From contig JAHRHZ010000144.1 in assembly GCA_024137785.1 (NCBI GenBank), forward strand, positions 45,845,151 to 45,909,150: a stretch of 64,000 nt of DNA, given 5' to 3'. Shown here in pieces: positions 39,450 to 52,040 of this stretch (position 1 is the stretch's first letter; each line of letters begins with the position of its first letter). The DNA is from Ginglymostoma cirratum (lineage: Eukaryota). Under the pieces are notes generated by a model that saw only the letters and a program-made list of their open reading frames with translations, made no database searches and was not told the origin of the DNA. The translations under genes were made by a program, and so were the position numbers.

Positions 39450-41047
39450 GTGGGTATTCCTTCACTTAGTAACCAATGCAAGTTGTTTCACAATATTATT
39501 CCATTTCCTCGTCCAGAATCCATTTTGTTTTTCATCACAATAACAAATTACTGGTTTTGAGCGAGATGAATATCTGTGAATATAGAATGGATTTCTTAAA
39601 AAAAAATTGATTTTGAAGTTTCAAGATTATATTTCTTATTATTAAGTTTGATGGCTTTTGCAGCAGATATTGCCTTTACCTGACGCAAGTCAAGCTAATT
39701 TCCATTGGCCCAATCTTGGATGCCAGTTTACCTCAGAATCTGTTAGTAGTGTAAATAAATGAATAATGTAAGAAAAGTCCATATCCTAAAAATTCAAAAG
39801 GGAATAGAGAAGATGTGGCAATAACTTAATTGCCTAAAGAAGAAATTATGTTATTTACTATGGATTGATTTAGAAGATTTGGAACTATGTAAAGAAAGCT
39901 GTTGTGAATTATTATGTGTGCTATCTCACTGTAGCTTATGGATCGAATGAACCATCTGAGTAAGAAAGGCTTGACCTAAAGTTGTCTGAAACTTTAGTAT
40001 GCTGGAAAACAGATAGAAGAACAGTCATCCTTTAGATCACTTTGTTCTACTCTGTTAATTGGGATATATCCTGTTGAAAGTCAAAACATTAATGTTACTG
40101 GCTCAAATGCAGGTATTTACATTTTATACTGTTTTCTCCAGGGTTGTAGCTCAAGCATTAATACGACCTGAAAATAGATTGAGAGTCGATATTCAAGGGA
40201 ATCTCCCATTCTCTCCAAAATTACCTGCAATATACTGCACAATATCAGGCCATTCAGCCCCACTAGTCTCCTTAAGTACATCTACGCTTCTTGCACAATC
40301 AGGCCTCCTCGAGCCATTTCTTTTTCCTGTTAGTGAAGGGAGTCAACCTGTTCAGTCTTTCCTGATAGACATATACCTGTTCATTCTGGTGTCCTCCTGG
40401 AAAATCTTCACTGCACCATATCCAGCCCCTCTATATTCATTTTTTAATATGTTCACCATTTTCTAAGTTTGGTCTAACGAAGGTGCTAAACAAACTTAAC
40501 GTAATTCTTTGCCTTTTGATGTTATCCCACCAAAAGTGAGCACCATCTTATGGTGTTAATAACTTGTGCCATTAATTTTAATGAATTGTGTATTGGCATT
40601 CCCCTCGCCCATCATCCCTTTGTGCCATAATTAGATTTTATTTTCCAAGGACTCTTTATTCTTCCTGCTAAATGCAGCATCCTACACTTAACTGATTATA
40701 AGGAAAATACATCAGAAAGCGTTGATATGGAAGATAGGCATTGTCAAAACAGATATGCCAGAGAGGTCAAAACTGGGGGAATCACATAGACTGTAGGAGT
40801 GCTTAATATTGAAATGGAATGCAAATAGTAGAAAATAACCTATAATTCCCTATTAAATCTCTCTCAAAAATATAAGTTCAGTACATCATAAAGCCGAGGA
40901 GAGATGGTAGTGTAGTCTACAAAAATACGAACAGCTTATTACACTATCCAATTCCAGTGACCTTTTACTACTCTATTTTCCACCTTATTAAAGTAGCTTG
41001 GTAACTTGCTGCACGTGTAATGTTGAAAAATTGTCTTTTTTGTTTAG

Positions 41048-41197
41048 AAACTGAAAAACACGGAGAGTGACAAACTGCAGGTGCAGATACAAGCCTACTT
41101 GGACAATGTCTTTGATGTGGGTGCTTTACTTGAAGATGCCGAAACGAAGAATGCTGCCTTAGAGAGAGTGGAAGAACTGGAAGAAAACATTTCTCAT
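41048..41197 (+). CDS. FMNL2: FMNL2 exon (~ex12, 150 nt, phase 0-0): [50 protein letters not shown]
   Basis: gtttag|AAACTG ... TCTCAT|gtaacc. Confidence 0.96.
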
Positions 41198-41614
41198 GTA
41201 ACCATTGCTTTAAATTTTCAACTAAACTGCAGTGCCCAATCACTATGGTTTTTAAAAAGTGCATTTAATCATTAGTTGCAGCCGTAAAATAATTAATTTT
41301 GTTTTGAAATACTAGGAAATAACTTCAGAATCAGTGAACTGCTAACCAGGTTAGGGTACAAAAGTGGAATTATAGCTCTATTACTGGATAATAAAGCAAA
41401 GGATTTGCCCAGTGGAGAATGCCACAATAAGTAGACATCTGTGATGTTGTTATCACTTTGATAATTGAGACTCTTCAGGACTTCAAAGAATATTTTGTAG
41501 TGCAGATTAGCCTGTCAGTTTTGTCCGATGTGGTTATGAGTTGTGGTGTTTGGTAGATACGTTTTATTTAAAAAAGCATTAAATCTTATTCAGTGAATAA
41601 AATAATCATAACCA

Positions 41615-41725
41615 GACTCTCTCTCAACCGTCAGTCAAATGAATACAAATTGATTATTTGCTGTTCATAAGACTTTATAGGTGTACAAATTGGCACACCT
41701 GACACCAGTGACTGATGTTCAAAAT
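41615..41725 (+). mobile_element. 3' fragment of a Deu-domain SINE
   Basis: GCTGTT...GTGTACAAATTGGC...CAGTGACT resembles 19140-19200. Confidence 0.45.
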
Positions 41726-41729
41726 TAAC

Positions 41730-42565
41730 TTTTTTATTCATTCATGGGATGTGGACTAAGTCAGTGTTTATTGCCTATCACTAATTGCACTTGGGAAAAT
41801 ATTGGCAGGTATCTGCTGTGTCTTGTGTCCGCCCACAGTGTTGGTAGGAAGGGTGTTGTAGGTATTTGACCAAGTGAAGTAACAGTGATATTGTTCCAAC
41901 TCAGCATGGAGTGTGGCTAGGAGGTGGAGTTTCAGGTGGAGTTCCCATGCATTGGCTGCCCTGATACTTTCAGGTGCCAGGGATCGTGGGATTAGAAGAT
42001 TCTGTAAAAGTGACCTTGATGAGTTGCCACAGAGCGTCTGGTACATGGTATACACTACTGCTGCTGTGCATTGGTGGTGGAGGAAGTGAATATTAAAGGT
42101 GGTGGATGAGATCCAACCATTTGGGCTGCTTTGTCCTGGATGGTTTCAAGCTTCTTGAGTTTTGTTGGAGCTGCAGTCATCCAACCAAGTAGAGAGTATT
42201 CCATCACACTCCTCACACATGCACTGTAGATGGTGGACAGGCTCTGAGGAGCTGGAGGTGAGCTATTTGTCACAGAATTTCCAGCATCCGATCTACTTTT
42301 GTTGATACACTATTTATATAGCTCGACTAGTTCAATTGCTGATCAGTGATCATCACTAAGCAGTTGATGGAAGAATTCATAGACGCTAATGATGTTGAAT
42401 ATCAAGGGGAGGTGGTTAGAATCTCTTGTGTTGCAGGTGTTCATTTTCTGGCACTTCTGTGGCATAAATATCACTTTACCATCTACCAGCCCCAGCCTGA
42501 GTGTTGTCTATGCAGGCAGACATGGACTGTTCCAGTATCTGAGAGTTATGAATGGCACTGAATGA
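41730..42565 (-). mobile_element. CR1-group (L2/Crack-like) LINE 3' fragment
   Basis: ORF 42055-42273 PQSLSTIYSACVRSVMEYSLLGW...LETIQDKAA is an RT C-terminal motif; (ATTC)n-type tail at ~41737. Confidence 0.8.
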
Positions 42566-43169
42566 GATGCAAACAAAGTGATCGTTGGCGGCACCTTTTT
42601 AGTAAATACAAATACAAAGTATTAATTGAATACCTTAGCCATGCCCTCTGGCTCCACGTATTAAGCCCTTTTTTTGTCTGTAATTGACTCACTTCTTTTA
42701 TGAATCTCTTATTAATTATATACTTGGAAAGACTTTTAGATTCTGTCTTATTCTATCTGTTGGTCTTTTCTCATTCTTTCTGGTTTTCTTATAGCTTTCA
42801 CTTTTATTTTCAAATCTTACCTTGTCATCTATGCCCTTTATCTGCTTTGTCTTGCTCTCTATCCGTTTTTCCATTCAGGTAGCTCTGGCTTTCCTTCTCG
42901 TTTGTCTATACGCCAAATGTACCCAAACCATGTCATTTTCAAAGGCAGCCCGTAGGTCTGTTACTGATTCTCTGTGTCTTTGATTTCAGTTTACCTGAGT
43001 CAGATCCCTTCACATTGCACTGAAATTGCTCTTGCCCAATTAATTAGCTTTACTTTTCCCTTTTATGATGGAGGAAAAGGTGCTGATGAAGATGTTTGAG
43101 TCTCAAACAGTACCCTTCAACAACTTTAAACCAAGATGATTGATCTCCGACAAACACAGCTAGATTTGG

Positions 43170-43583
43170 GACAACGAGGTGTAGAGCTGGATGAACACAG
43201 CAGGCCAAGCAGCATCAGGGGAGCAGGAAAGCTGACGTTTTGGGTCTAGACCCTTCTTCAGAAATGGGGGAGGGGAAGGCGTCTCTGAAATAAATAGGGA
43301 GAAACGGGGAGGCGGACAGAAGATGGTTAAAGGAGAAGATAGGTGGAGAGGAGACGGACAGGTCAAGGAGGCGGCGTTGGAGCCAGTAAAGGTGGGTGTA
43401 GGTGGGGAGTTAGGGAGGGGATAGGTCAGTCCTATCCGTCTCCTCTCCATTTCAGAAGAAGGGTCTAGACCCGAAGCGTCAGCTTTCCTGCTCCTCTGAT
43501 GCTGCTTGGCCTGCTGTGTTCATCCAGCTCTACACCTTGTTGTCTCAAATTCTCCAGCATCGGCAGTTCCTACTATCTCTGTA
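43170..43583. mobile_element. Penelope-type inverted-repeat element (family A) with purine-rich spacer
   Basis: ~95-bp inverted arms; direct repeat ACAGCTAGATTTGG at 43156-43169 and 43584-43597; hammerhead-like cores at 43234-43261 (-) and 43453-43480 (+) with palindromic stem II GGGTCTAGACCC. Confidence 0.85.
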
Positions 43584-44368
43584 ACAGCTAGATTTGGCTC
43601 TTGTTTCCCCTTCAATTCAATTCATTGTCTTCAATTTGATTGGTTCCTGATGCCACACCCAGTCAGCGAGCAGGTTATGGCTGAATAAGTACTGTTTGGT
43701 GTATGGTCTGACAGCTTCAGTCCCTATGCTGATAAGTGATAGTAGTCTGGGAGCAATTGGCTGGGTTTGTCCTGTGCCTTGTGTACAGAACATACCCGGG
43801 CAAATTTCCACATTGCTGGGTAGATGTCAGTCTTGTAGCTGCACTGGAACAGCTAGGTTAGGACGTGGTGGGGTGGGGAAGTGTTAGTAGCTAGTTCAGG
43901 ACCAAGTGTCGGCTTCACTACAGCTTGAATGTACTTGAGGTCTTTTGCCTTTGCATTATCCATTGCATTTAATGATTTCTTTAAAACCTGGTTGAACAAA
44001 TTCAATTACCTAAAGACTGGTTTCTAAATGTGGGTAGCTCAGAATGAAATTCGATTTAGAATGAAAGATTAGATGGTGCTCAAAATAAAAGCAAGTTTGT
44101 CTCTTCTATATTATGTCCTGCAGTCGATGTTTCTTACTTTGCAGTTTATATTTTCCGATATTTCCCGCACCCTCATTTCCTTACAGCATTGACTCCTTGC
44201 TGGGATTCAGTGCCATGAGTGTTAGTTGCCTTTTGCTGCCTCACCTAAGCGGCTACCTTTAAACCTTGGTGCTGAGCACTGATGGGCTATTTAACAGCTA
44301 GTGAGAGTGTGTTGAAACTGAATCCCATCTTGTCCATTCCTCACCTTTGCATAGTTTTGCCAGACGCC

Positions 44369-45140
44369 ATAGAGTCATAGAGATGTACAGCATGGAAACA
44401 GACCTTTCAGTTCAACTCGTCCATGCTGACCAGATATCCTAAATTAATCTAATCCCATTTGCCAGCATTTGGCCCATATCTCTGCAAACCCTTCATATTC
44501 ATATACCCATCCAGATGCCTTTTAAAAGTTGTAATTGTACCAGCCACCACCACTTCGTCTAGCAACTTATTCCATACGCACACCACCCTCTGCGTGAAAA
44601 AGTTGTCCCTTAGGTCCCTTTTAAATCTTTCCTCTCTCACCTTACACCTATGCCCTCTAGTTTTGGACTTCCCCACCCCAGGGAAAAGACCTTGTCTATT
44701 TACCCTATCCATGCCCCTCATGATTATATTAACTTCTATAATGTCACTCCTCAGCCTCCAACGATCCAGCGAAAACAGCCCCAGCCTATTCAGCCTCTCC
44801 CTGTAGCTCAAGCCCTCCAATCCTGGCAACATCTTTGTAAATCTTTTCTGAACTCTTTCAAATTTGACAACACCTATCCTACAGCTGGGAGACCAGAACA
44901 GAACACAGTATTCCAAAAGAGGCCTAACCAATGTCCTGTACGGTCTCAATATGTCCTCCCAACTCCAGTACTCAATGACCAATAAAGGTAAGCGTACCAA
45001 ATGCCACCTTCACTATCCTATCTGCCTGCGACTCTACTTTCAACGAAGTATGAAGGTCTCTTTGATCAGCAGCGCTCCTCAGGACCTTAGCATTATAAGT
45101 CCTGTCCTGATTTGCCGTACAAAAATGTAGCACCTCACAG
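44369..45140 (-). mobile_element. Young CR1 (HER1-like) LINE 3' fragment
   Basis: ORF 44449-45000 (183 aa) YRTLVRPLLEYCVLFWSP...ERVQKRFTKMLPGL...FFTQRVVCVWN; (CATAGAGT)n tail. Confidence 0.92.
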
Positions 45141-45407
45141 TGATTGAATAATTGTTTGAAACAAGAAACCATGTGGATTTCCCCTACTTAACTACAATTG
45201 TAGTGCTCCTACTGCCACTCTAGCTGTGATCAAGGAACTTGCTTCAACTTGAAGTTCAAACCTAATTCTGAAACCTCATACTCTGGGGTTAAACTACTTC
45301 TTGCCTAGAATAATCAGTCTCCCAGACAAGCAGGCTGAATGCTGTTTTTTTGGACTGCTTATTGACCACTGCAAACAATAGACTAATATATCAAATTCTA
45401 ATTTCAG

Positions 45408-45509
45408 TTGTCAGAAAAGTTGCAAGATACTGAAAATGAAGCGATGGAAAAAATTGTGGAACTGGAAAAGCAGTTGATGCAAAGAAGTAAAGAACTGGAA
45501 GTTATAAGA
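45408..45509 (+). CDS. FMNL2: FMNL2 exon (~ex13, 102 nt, phase 0-0): [34 protein letters not shown]
   Basis: tttcag|TTGTCA ... ATAAGA|gtaagt; coiled coil. Confidence 0.95.
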
Positions 45510-45834
45510 GTAAGTTTGAGAGGATTTCTTTGCAGTCGTGAGAAACAATAGGTTTCAGATTGGTCTTCAGTAATCATGCGAATCAGCTGCTTGTTTTATG
45601 GGACAGAGAAACAGGCTACCAATTTGCTGTGAGTTTTTTTTTAAACTGTTGCGTAAACTAAATTAACTGCTTTCTATCCAAATTATTATCTTGATCAACT
45701 AATAAATGTTCCAAACCTGAGTTCAAACATAATTCAGACATTGTCAAAAACATCTTCCAACTTGCCAAGAGCAGCAGCATAATAACGCTGCATTAAATGT
45801 AAAAAAAAATTACTATTCTGTATAGCTTTATGTT

Positions 45835-46510
45835 AATTTTTTTCATTCTTTCACATGAATTTTTAAAAATTCTGTCATGGAATTTGCATGCTTCTGGCTG
45901 GGCCAGCATTTATTGCATGTCTCTAGATGACCTTGAGAAGGTGGTAGTGAGCTGCCCCTTCTTGAACCACTGCAGTCCAGTGCCCTTAAGGAGAGAACTT
46001 CAGGATTTTGACCTGGTGACACTAAAAGAACATTAATACATTTCCGAGCCAGGATGGTAAGTGGCTTGGAAGGGAGCTTGCAGGTGCTGGTGTTCCCCTG
46101 TATCTACTGTCCTTGTCCTTCATGGTGGAAGTAGTCATAGAAAGTGGTGTGTAAAGAGCTATGGTGATTTCTGCAGTATGACTTGTAGAAGGTATACACA
46201 ACTGTTAATGTACGTTAGTGGTAAAGGAAGTGAATGTCTGTGGATTTCGTGCCGATCAAGTGGGCTAATTTCTCCTGGATGATGTCGAGCTTCTTCTGTG
46301 TAGTTGGGTTGCACTCATCCAAGCAAATGGCACATATTCCAACACACTACTGACTTGTGCCTTGGAGATCGTGGACAGGCTTTGAGGTGTCAGGAGATGA
46401 GTTACGTTCTGCAGGATTCTCACCATCTGGCCTGCTCTTCTAGCAATAGTATTTATATTGCTGATCCAGTTCAGTTTCTGGTCAATGCTAATGCCCACGA
46501 TGTTGATTGT
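45835..46510 (-). mobile_element. CR1-group (L2/Crack-like) LINE 3' fragment
   Basis: ORF 46265-46498 GISIDQKLNWISNIN...LLTPQSLSTISKAQVSSVLEY. Confidence 0.8.
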
Positions 46511-46734
46511 GAGCTAAAGCAGCTATCCAGAAAAGGTTCATATGGATTAAGCAGAGCCCCCTTTTTCTCCAGTTCTTTGGTTCGAACTAAAATGATCAAT
46601 GTACAAAATGAGTGCATTGTGCAGGGCTGTCTGCAGGTTATCCCCATTTATCTGGCGCGATCTGTCTCTTCCCTGCTCACCAACGCAAAGTTAGCACATG
46701 TGAGCCAGTTTAGTGAGTACTGAGTTGAAACGAG

Positions 46735-46781
46735 TGTTTGTTAAATTTTGTAACATGTTTGTTAAATTTTGTAACATGTTT
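46735..46781. repeat. 21-bp perfect tandem duplication (TGTTTGTTAAATTTTGTAACA x2.2)
   Basis: Directly visible. Confidence 0.85.
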
Positions 46782-47579
46782 TAGTCTTTCCGAATTAATT
46801 AAGTTATATGGGGTATTAGGTGATCAGGGTGTGTTTGTTATTGTGTGCAGAGGGATGCCAGTCCCAATCAGACAGGTAGTTTGAAAGATTCTTTCCACTG
46901 CCAATTGTCAGGCACCAATCCAGATACCACAAGACTCAACAACTGCCTCAGACGCACAAGATTCAGTAATAACTGGCTTTGAAGTTTGAGGGCTTGCTCA
47001 GAGGTACCATGAGAACAATCAGGGTGGAAATGTCTTTGAATCTTTGGGTGAATTTAGTGCTGGCTTCGGGAGTTCTTACGTGCCTTCTGGAGGCCTGCTG
47101 ATTTAAAAAGAAGCTTTCTGTCTAGCCTCTTATGGGGGCTGAAACCGTGCTCCCCGATAGCTGCTGACCAATCAGAGGTTGGTGGTTCTCCATTGCCCGC
47201 CAGACCTACTGGGAGTGGTGATTGCTGCTAGTAAGGCACCCACCGGAGAGCTGAGGGTCACTGGGGGAGACCCAGACAATAGATGATTGAAGATTGGCTG
47301 GCAATTGCTGGCTAGATGAGGGCTAGAGAAAGGGTAATTGGGTGATTCTTCATGGGCTCTCCTTTCCAATGCTGCGTCACATGATCAGGCAATGAGAACC
47401 TTTGAAAAAGTGTTCCCCTCCATTCACACTTACTGTATGGTTACTCCCCCAGTTGATGACTGTCCACAAGTTCTCCTGCCCCTGACTCAAGCAGGCAGAG
47501 GGAGAAGGTGTCGGGGTCCCCACCCTGCATTGTCTTATCTGTTTAAGTGCATGACTCATGACTAAATCCACCAATTGAA

Positions 47580-47815
47580 TGCTGACCATGGAGTCATTAA
47601 GGCACAGAGGAGGCCATTCAGCCTGTTGCTCATGAGGGTGTTCGGTAGAACAATCCAATCTGTTCCATTCTCCCACTGTATCCTTGTTGCCCTGCAAGTT
47701 TCTTTCCCTTATATGCCCATCCAGTTTCCCTTAGAACATGTTTGTTGTCTCCACTTCTACCATTCTTATAGGCAGTGGATTTCAGTTCGTTATCACTTGC
47801 TATGTAAAAATGTAT
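47580..47815 (-). mobile_element. Old CR1 3' fragment
   Basis: GGCACAGAGGAGGCCATTCAGCC tail signature and downstream CR1-like sequence. Confidence 0.55.
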
Positions 47816-48694
47816 GAAGAAATGAAGAATTCCAAATCACCAGGACCAAGAGACTTGCAACCTGTTTAATTGACTTTTGTTGGAACGCATTCTAGTGTTC
47901 ATATTTGCAGTGGTCTTTTTGTTGACCTTTGCGTTGCCTTCACAACAATTTAGCATTGTAATTTTAAAGCAAAGCACACCTACACCAATGGGGCTTTTGA
48001 CTTTAGTTACAAATTATTTAACTCATTATGACTGGCTGTATACAAGTAAATGAAACTTACTTAATAAATAGAAAAGCAAATGGTACTTCTCACATTTTTC
48101 TGGCCTTCATGCTTCCAAGTATTGCACTCAGATTTCAATATCATTCAAAAAAATGTACAAGAAAGGGGGTTGCAAGTGCCTGCATTTTAAATGAGTATCA
48201 AGAATGGGGAAACCGGGTGGAAATGTAATGAATGATTCATGATTTGAGTTAGAGCATTTGGTTACATTTGGATTTTTATTTTAATTTGTGAGGGTATGAG
48301 CTTGGCTTGTTTTAAGGCATTTTTGTCCTTGTTTTTTTAAAATTCCAGACTTCCTCAGACTGTATAATGATTTGCTATACGTTTTCTGCAAATGTCCGTC
48401 AGATTGCATCATTAAGTATTTAAGAGATTTCTGTCTGATCTTCAAATCACTGGGATTGCTAGTGGTATCTTTGCAAGTTCATATCTTACTTCAATTTTTC
48501 AACATCAGTATGAAATTTGAAAATGTTTTGACAATTAATAGTAAGTGAAGCAATATCAATTTTCTTGTGGTAACGTATGAAGGAAAGGCAAAGGGAACCA
48601 TTTGGATGTGATATGAAAGTGCTGCATAAAGTGCAAATCCGACATTTTGTTTATTGTCATTTTTTTGTGTTTTCTTTTTCTTTCCACTTCCTAG

Positions 48695-48992
48695 GAGGTT
48701 TACAAAGATACCAACACCCAGGTACACACACTACGGCGAATGATCAAAGAGAAGGAGGAGACCATACAAAGACATAACCACCTAGAGAAAAAAATCCATG
48801 AATTGGAGAAGCAGGGGTCTATCAAAGTCCAGAAGAAAGGAGATGGTGACATTGCCATTGTACCAGTTTTATCTTCTACAGCACTGTCTCCAGGTGCAGA
48901 GCACATATCCACTCTTTATACAGGACCACCGCTTGAGGCATCAGGATCAATGCTACCCCTTCCCCCGCCACCTCCATGCCTGCCAGGTGCAG
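48695..48992 (+). CDS. FMNL2: FMNL2 exon (~ex14, 298 nt, phase 0-1): [22 protein letters not shown]...[11 protein letters not shown]...[12 protein letters not shown]
   Basis: tcctag|GAGGTT ... GTGCAG|gtaagg; coiled coil into start of FH1. Confidence 0.94.
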
Positions 48993-49665
48993 GTAAGGCA
49001 TTTTTGAGATTGACTTTGAAATTAATTGCAAAATATAGGAAACTGGGGACTAAACATGGTACAATTCCATTACCTTTGTGGTGTGGCAGTAACTGCGGGC
49101 ACAATCTTCCAGACCCAGAAGCAATGGACCTAGTGATGGAAAGTGAACTTAATTTGGCAGAATGATGGTGGACCAGAATCTCACCAAATTAGTCACCACT
49201 TACGGGTATTATCCTGCCTGGTCTGCATTTAGTTCAGTTCCAAAATGGATTGTGAAGAGTTGGCGGACACAAATAGCTTGACCAGTGCAGATGGGCTATC
49301 AGATTGGAAATCAAGGTGCCACAATCTGCACTAATTTGTACATGACTGGGGAACTGGACCTAGGGCAGGAGTGTGACTGCTACAAGCCTCCCCTTGCCTT
49401 TGCTTCCTACACTCATGCCCTCTTTCCCTACAACTCTCAAACCCAGAAGGCCCCCATGGGCAATGCTTAGGCTTTCCATCGGTGATCCTCCACTGAGAAA
49501 GCCTCGGGTTTGTTGTGCCCACAGTAGGCACTGCCTGGGCCATGGTGCTGCTGAGTTCTGAAGTTGCCAGCCTTTTATTGGTTGGCATTGCCAAGTGTGT
49601 GGGACTGCTTTGTCCAGGGTCCTGATTCCATCAGAAAGCCTGACAACAGCCCATCCCCAAAGGTT

Positions 49666-50285
49666 TAGGGATGTACAAGGTGTAGAGCTGGATGAACACA
49701 GCAGGCCAAGCAGCATCAAAGGAGCAGGAAGGCTGATGTTTCGGGCCTAGACCCTTCTTCAGAAATTCTTCATTTCTTCATTTCNNNNNNNNNNNNNNNN
49801 NNNNNNNNNNNNNNNNNNNNNNNNNNNNNNNNNNNNNNNNNNNNNNNNNNNNNNNNNNNNNNNNNNNNNNNNNNNNNNNNNNNNNNNNNNNNNNNNNNNN
49901 NNNNNNNNNNNNNNNNNNNNNNNNNNNNNNNNNNNNNNNNNNNNNNNNNNNNNNNNNNNNNNNNNNNNNNNNNNNNNNNNNNNNNNNNNNNNNNNNNNNN
50001 NNNNNNNNNNNNNNNNNNNNNNNNNNNNNNNNNNNNNNNNNNNNNNNNNNNNNNNNNNNNNNNNNNNNNNNNNNNNNNNNNNNNNNNNNNNNNNNNNNNN
50101 NNNNNNNNNNNNNNNNNNNNNNNNNNNNNNNNNNNNNNNNNNNNNNNNNNNNNNNNNNNNNNNNNNNNNNNNNNNNNNNNNNNNTCAGCCTTCCTGCTCC
50201 TCTGATGCTGCTTGGCCTGCTGTGTTCATCCAGCTCTACACCTTGTATATCTCAGATTCTCCAGCATATGCAGTTCCTACTATCT
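49666..50285. mobile_element. Penelope-type inverted-repeat element (family A) spanning the assembly gap
   Basis: Inverted arms either side of the Ns; direct repeat CATCCCCAAAGGTT at 49652-49665 and 50286-50299; minus-strand CTGAAGA-A-GGGTCTAGGCCC-GAAA-CATC at 49735-49762. Confidence 0.8.
49785..50184. other. Assembly gap (400 N)
   Basis: Run of N. Confidence 0.99.
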
Positions 50286-50832
50286 CATCCCCAAAGGTTG
50301 TCTGATTGCCAGAATACCCACCAGGCTTTCTCACCATAGTAGACCAATGCTTTCCATTCCTGGAAACTCTCCTGCTCTTAGGTTTAGTCTGCAAATAGGA
50401 AGAACCTAGCTGATTTTGCAATTTTAGTCGAGAATCTTAATTTTGTGTTACAAAAACGTATATCCACGAGTATCTCTTGGACGTGTGTGACCCTGAAGAA
50501 TTACATAATAGGAGCTAAACTTGACTGGAAAGACTAGGCAAACACAATGAAGATAATTGTATTCTATCTAAACCTCCCCTACCCACTAGGAAGAACATTC
50601 TCTTCGTAGTAAGTTGACGTTTTCTGCTGTAATTCTGAAATTATAATGTAAAATTATAGCCATGTGTTTAATGTGAATTTTCTGCTGACATGTTTAGATA
50701 ACTGCTTCTGAAAGCCAGTATCGTCCAATAGCCTTCTTTGCATGCAAGAAGCAAATGTTTGCTGGGTTGGCACTGGTATTTGGGTCATTTCTGGAAGCTG
50801 AATATAACTTCTGTTTTTTGTGTTTCTGGCAG

Positions 50833-51015
50833 TGCAAAATGGACCAGTGTCAGTCCAAGCATCATCACCTCTTCCCCCTCCTCCTCCACCACCACCTCCA
50901 ACGGCAGAAGCTCCACCTGCTCCTCCTCCCCCACCACCTCCACCACCGCCGCCACCAGCAGCTCCTCCATTGCCAGGGGCAGCCCCGACTCTGATTTTTA
51001 ATCCTGGCTTAGCAG
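50833..51015 (+). CDS. FMNL2: FMNL2 exon (~ex15, 183 nt, phase 1-1): FH1 polyproline exon VQNGPVSVQASSPLPPPPPPPPPT...APTLIFNPGLA
   Basis: tggcag|TGCAAA ... TAGCAG|gtaata; (CCN)n proline runs. Confidence 0.93.
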
Positions 51016-51354
51016 GTAATACTATGGTATATAGTCACAAACTGTTTCATAGGTACCTAGTTCGCGGGGGATGACACTAATTGATCATTTCATGAGTTCA
51101 GGAATATATAATGAACTTTGGGTGAAAAAATTGGGTTGCCTTATTTGGATATAAAAAGGAATACTCAGCACGACAGCAGGAGTTTGCTTCCTTCATATTC
51201 TAAACCGGCTAGTAAAGTTGGTGTGGCTGTAGGTGAAGATATGGGTTACTTCATTTGTGGCTTTCAGCTAGAGATGCTATGGCGCCACTTACAACACAAA
51301 GGTGGAGACGGTGTGCTAATGATTGTGGGTGGCTCCCACCAACATGCGGGACCT

Positions 51355-51409
51355 AACAAGCATGGGGCTGGATGAACACAGCAGGTCAAGCAGCATCATC
51401 GGAGCAGGA
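51355..51409 (-). mobile_element. Short family-A arm fragment without hammerhead
   Basis: GCTGGATGAACACAGCAGGTCAAGCAGCATC..GGAGCAGGA matches ~43186-43228; GGACCT on both flanks. Confidence 0.7.
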
Positions 51410-52040
51410 CCTGTTTGGTGCCAGGATGGCTCCTTGTCGTTTTCCTTCCTCCATTTTCTGACCGTCAGCCACGTGGACAGGCTGGCTGGTAGGAAAGCTA
51501 GTGGCAGGAGGCAGTTTGAAAAGATCAACGCTTGGTGAGAGGGAATGTTCCAACTCCGGCAATCAGAGCGAGGGAAGGAAAGAGGGAGCGTCGGTCGGGC
51601 CAGGAATCATCCAGTGTAGGCAACTTGAGATTGAAGTTTTAAAGGTGTTTCGGGGGAGAGTGGGAGGGAGGGTGATATCAGTCAAATTGCTGCAGTTAAG
51701 AAAGGCTAAAGGTTGACTTGAAAGGCTGTTGGAGTACTTTTCTCGTCTACACAGAGAGCTCTAAGAGACACATACCTTCTGTAACCTGCTGCTTCTGACT
51801 GCAGTTCGTTGCCGTAGGTTGTGGATACACTTTTTGATTTGTTTCTTTAACTCACAGGTCCGTCAGAAGGTGAAAACTTACAGAAAGGGGCAAGTTACTG
51901 AAGGGCGTTTGGCAATTGGGATATGTATTTTGTATTCTTTCCGTATCATAGTCCTGATCTCGGGTTGCCTCTGATAGCAGTTGGCAACTAAAGACTTTTA
52001 GACAGAAAACAAAAATTCTCCTCCTCATGGAGAGAGACTT

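Noticed and set aside
43380-43425. G-quadruplex-like G tracts
   Set aside because: They are part of the purine-rich spacer of the Penelope-type element; nothing indicates locus-specific function.
44449-45000. 183-aa RT-like ORF as a functional gene
   Set aside because: 5'-truncated CR1 ORF2 C-terminus lacking the catalytic RT core.
50738-51001. His-rich, Ser/Thr-rich and Glu/Val-rich ORFs
   Set aside because: These are alternative frames and the antisense of the (CCN)n FH1 polyproline exon.
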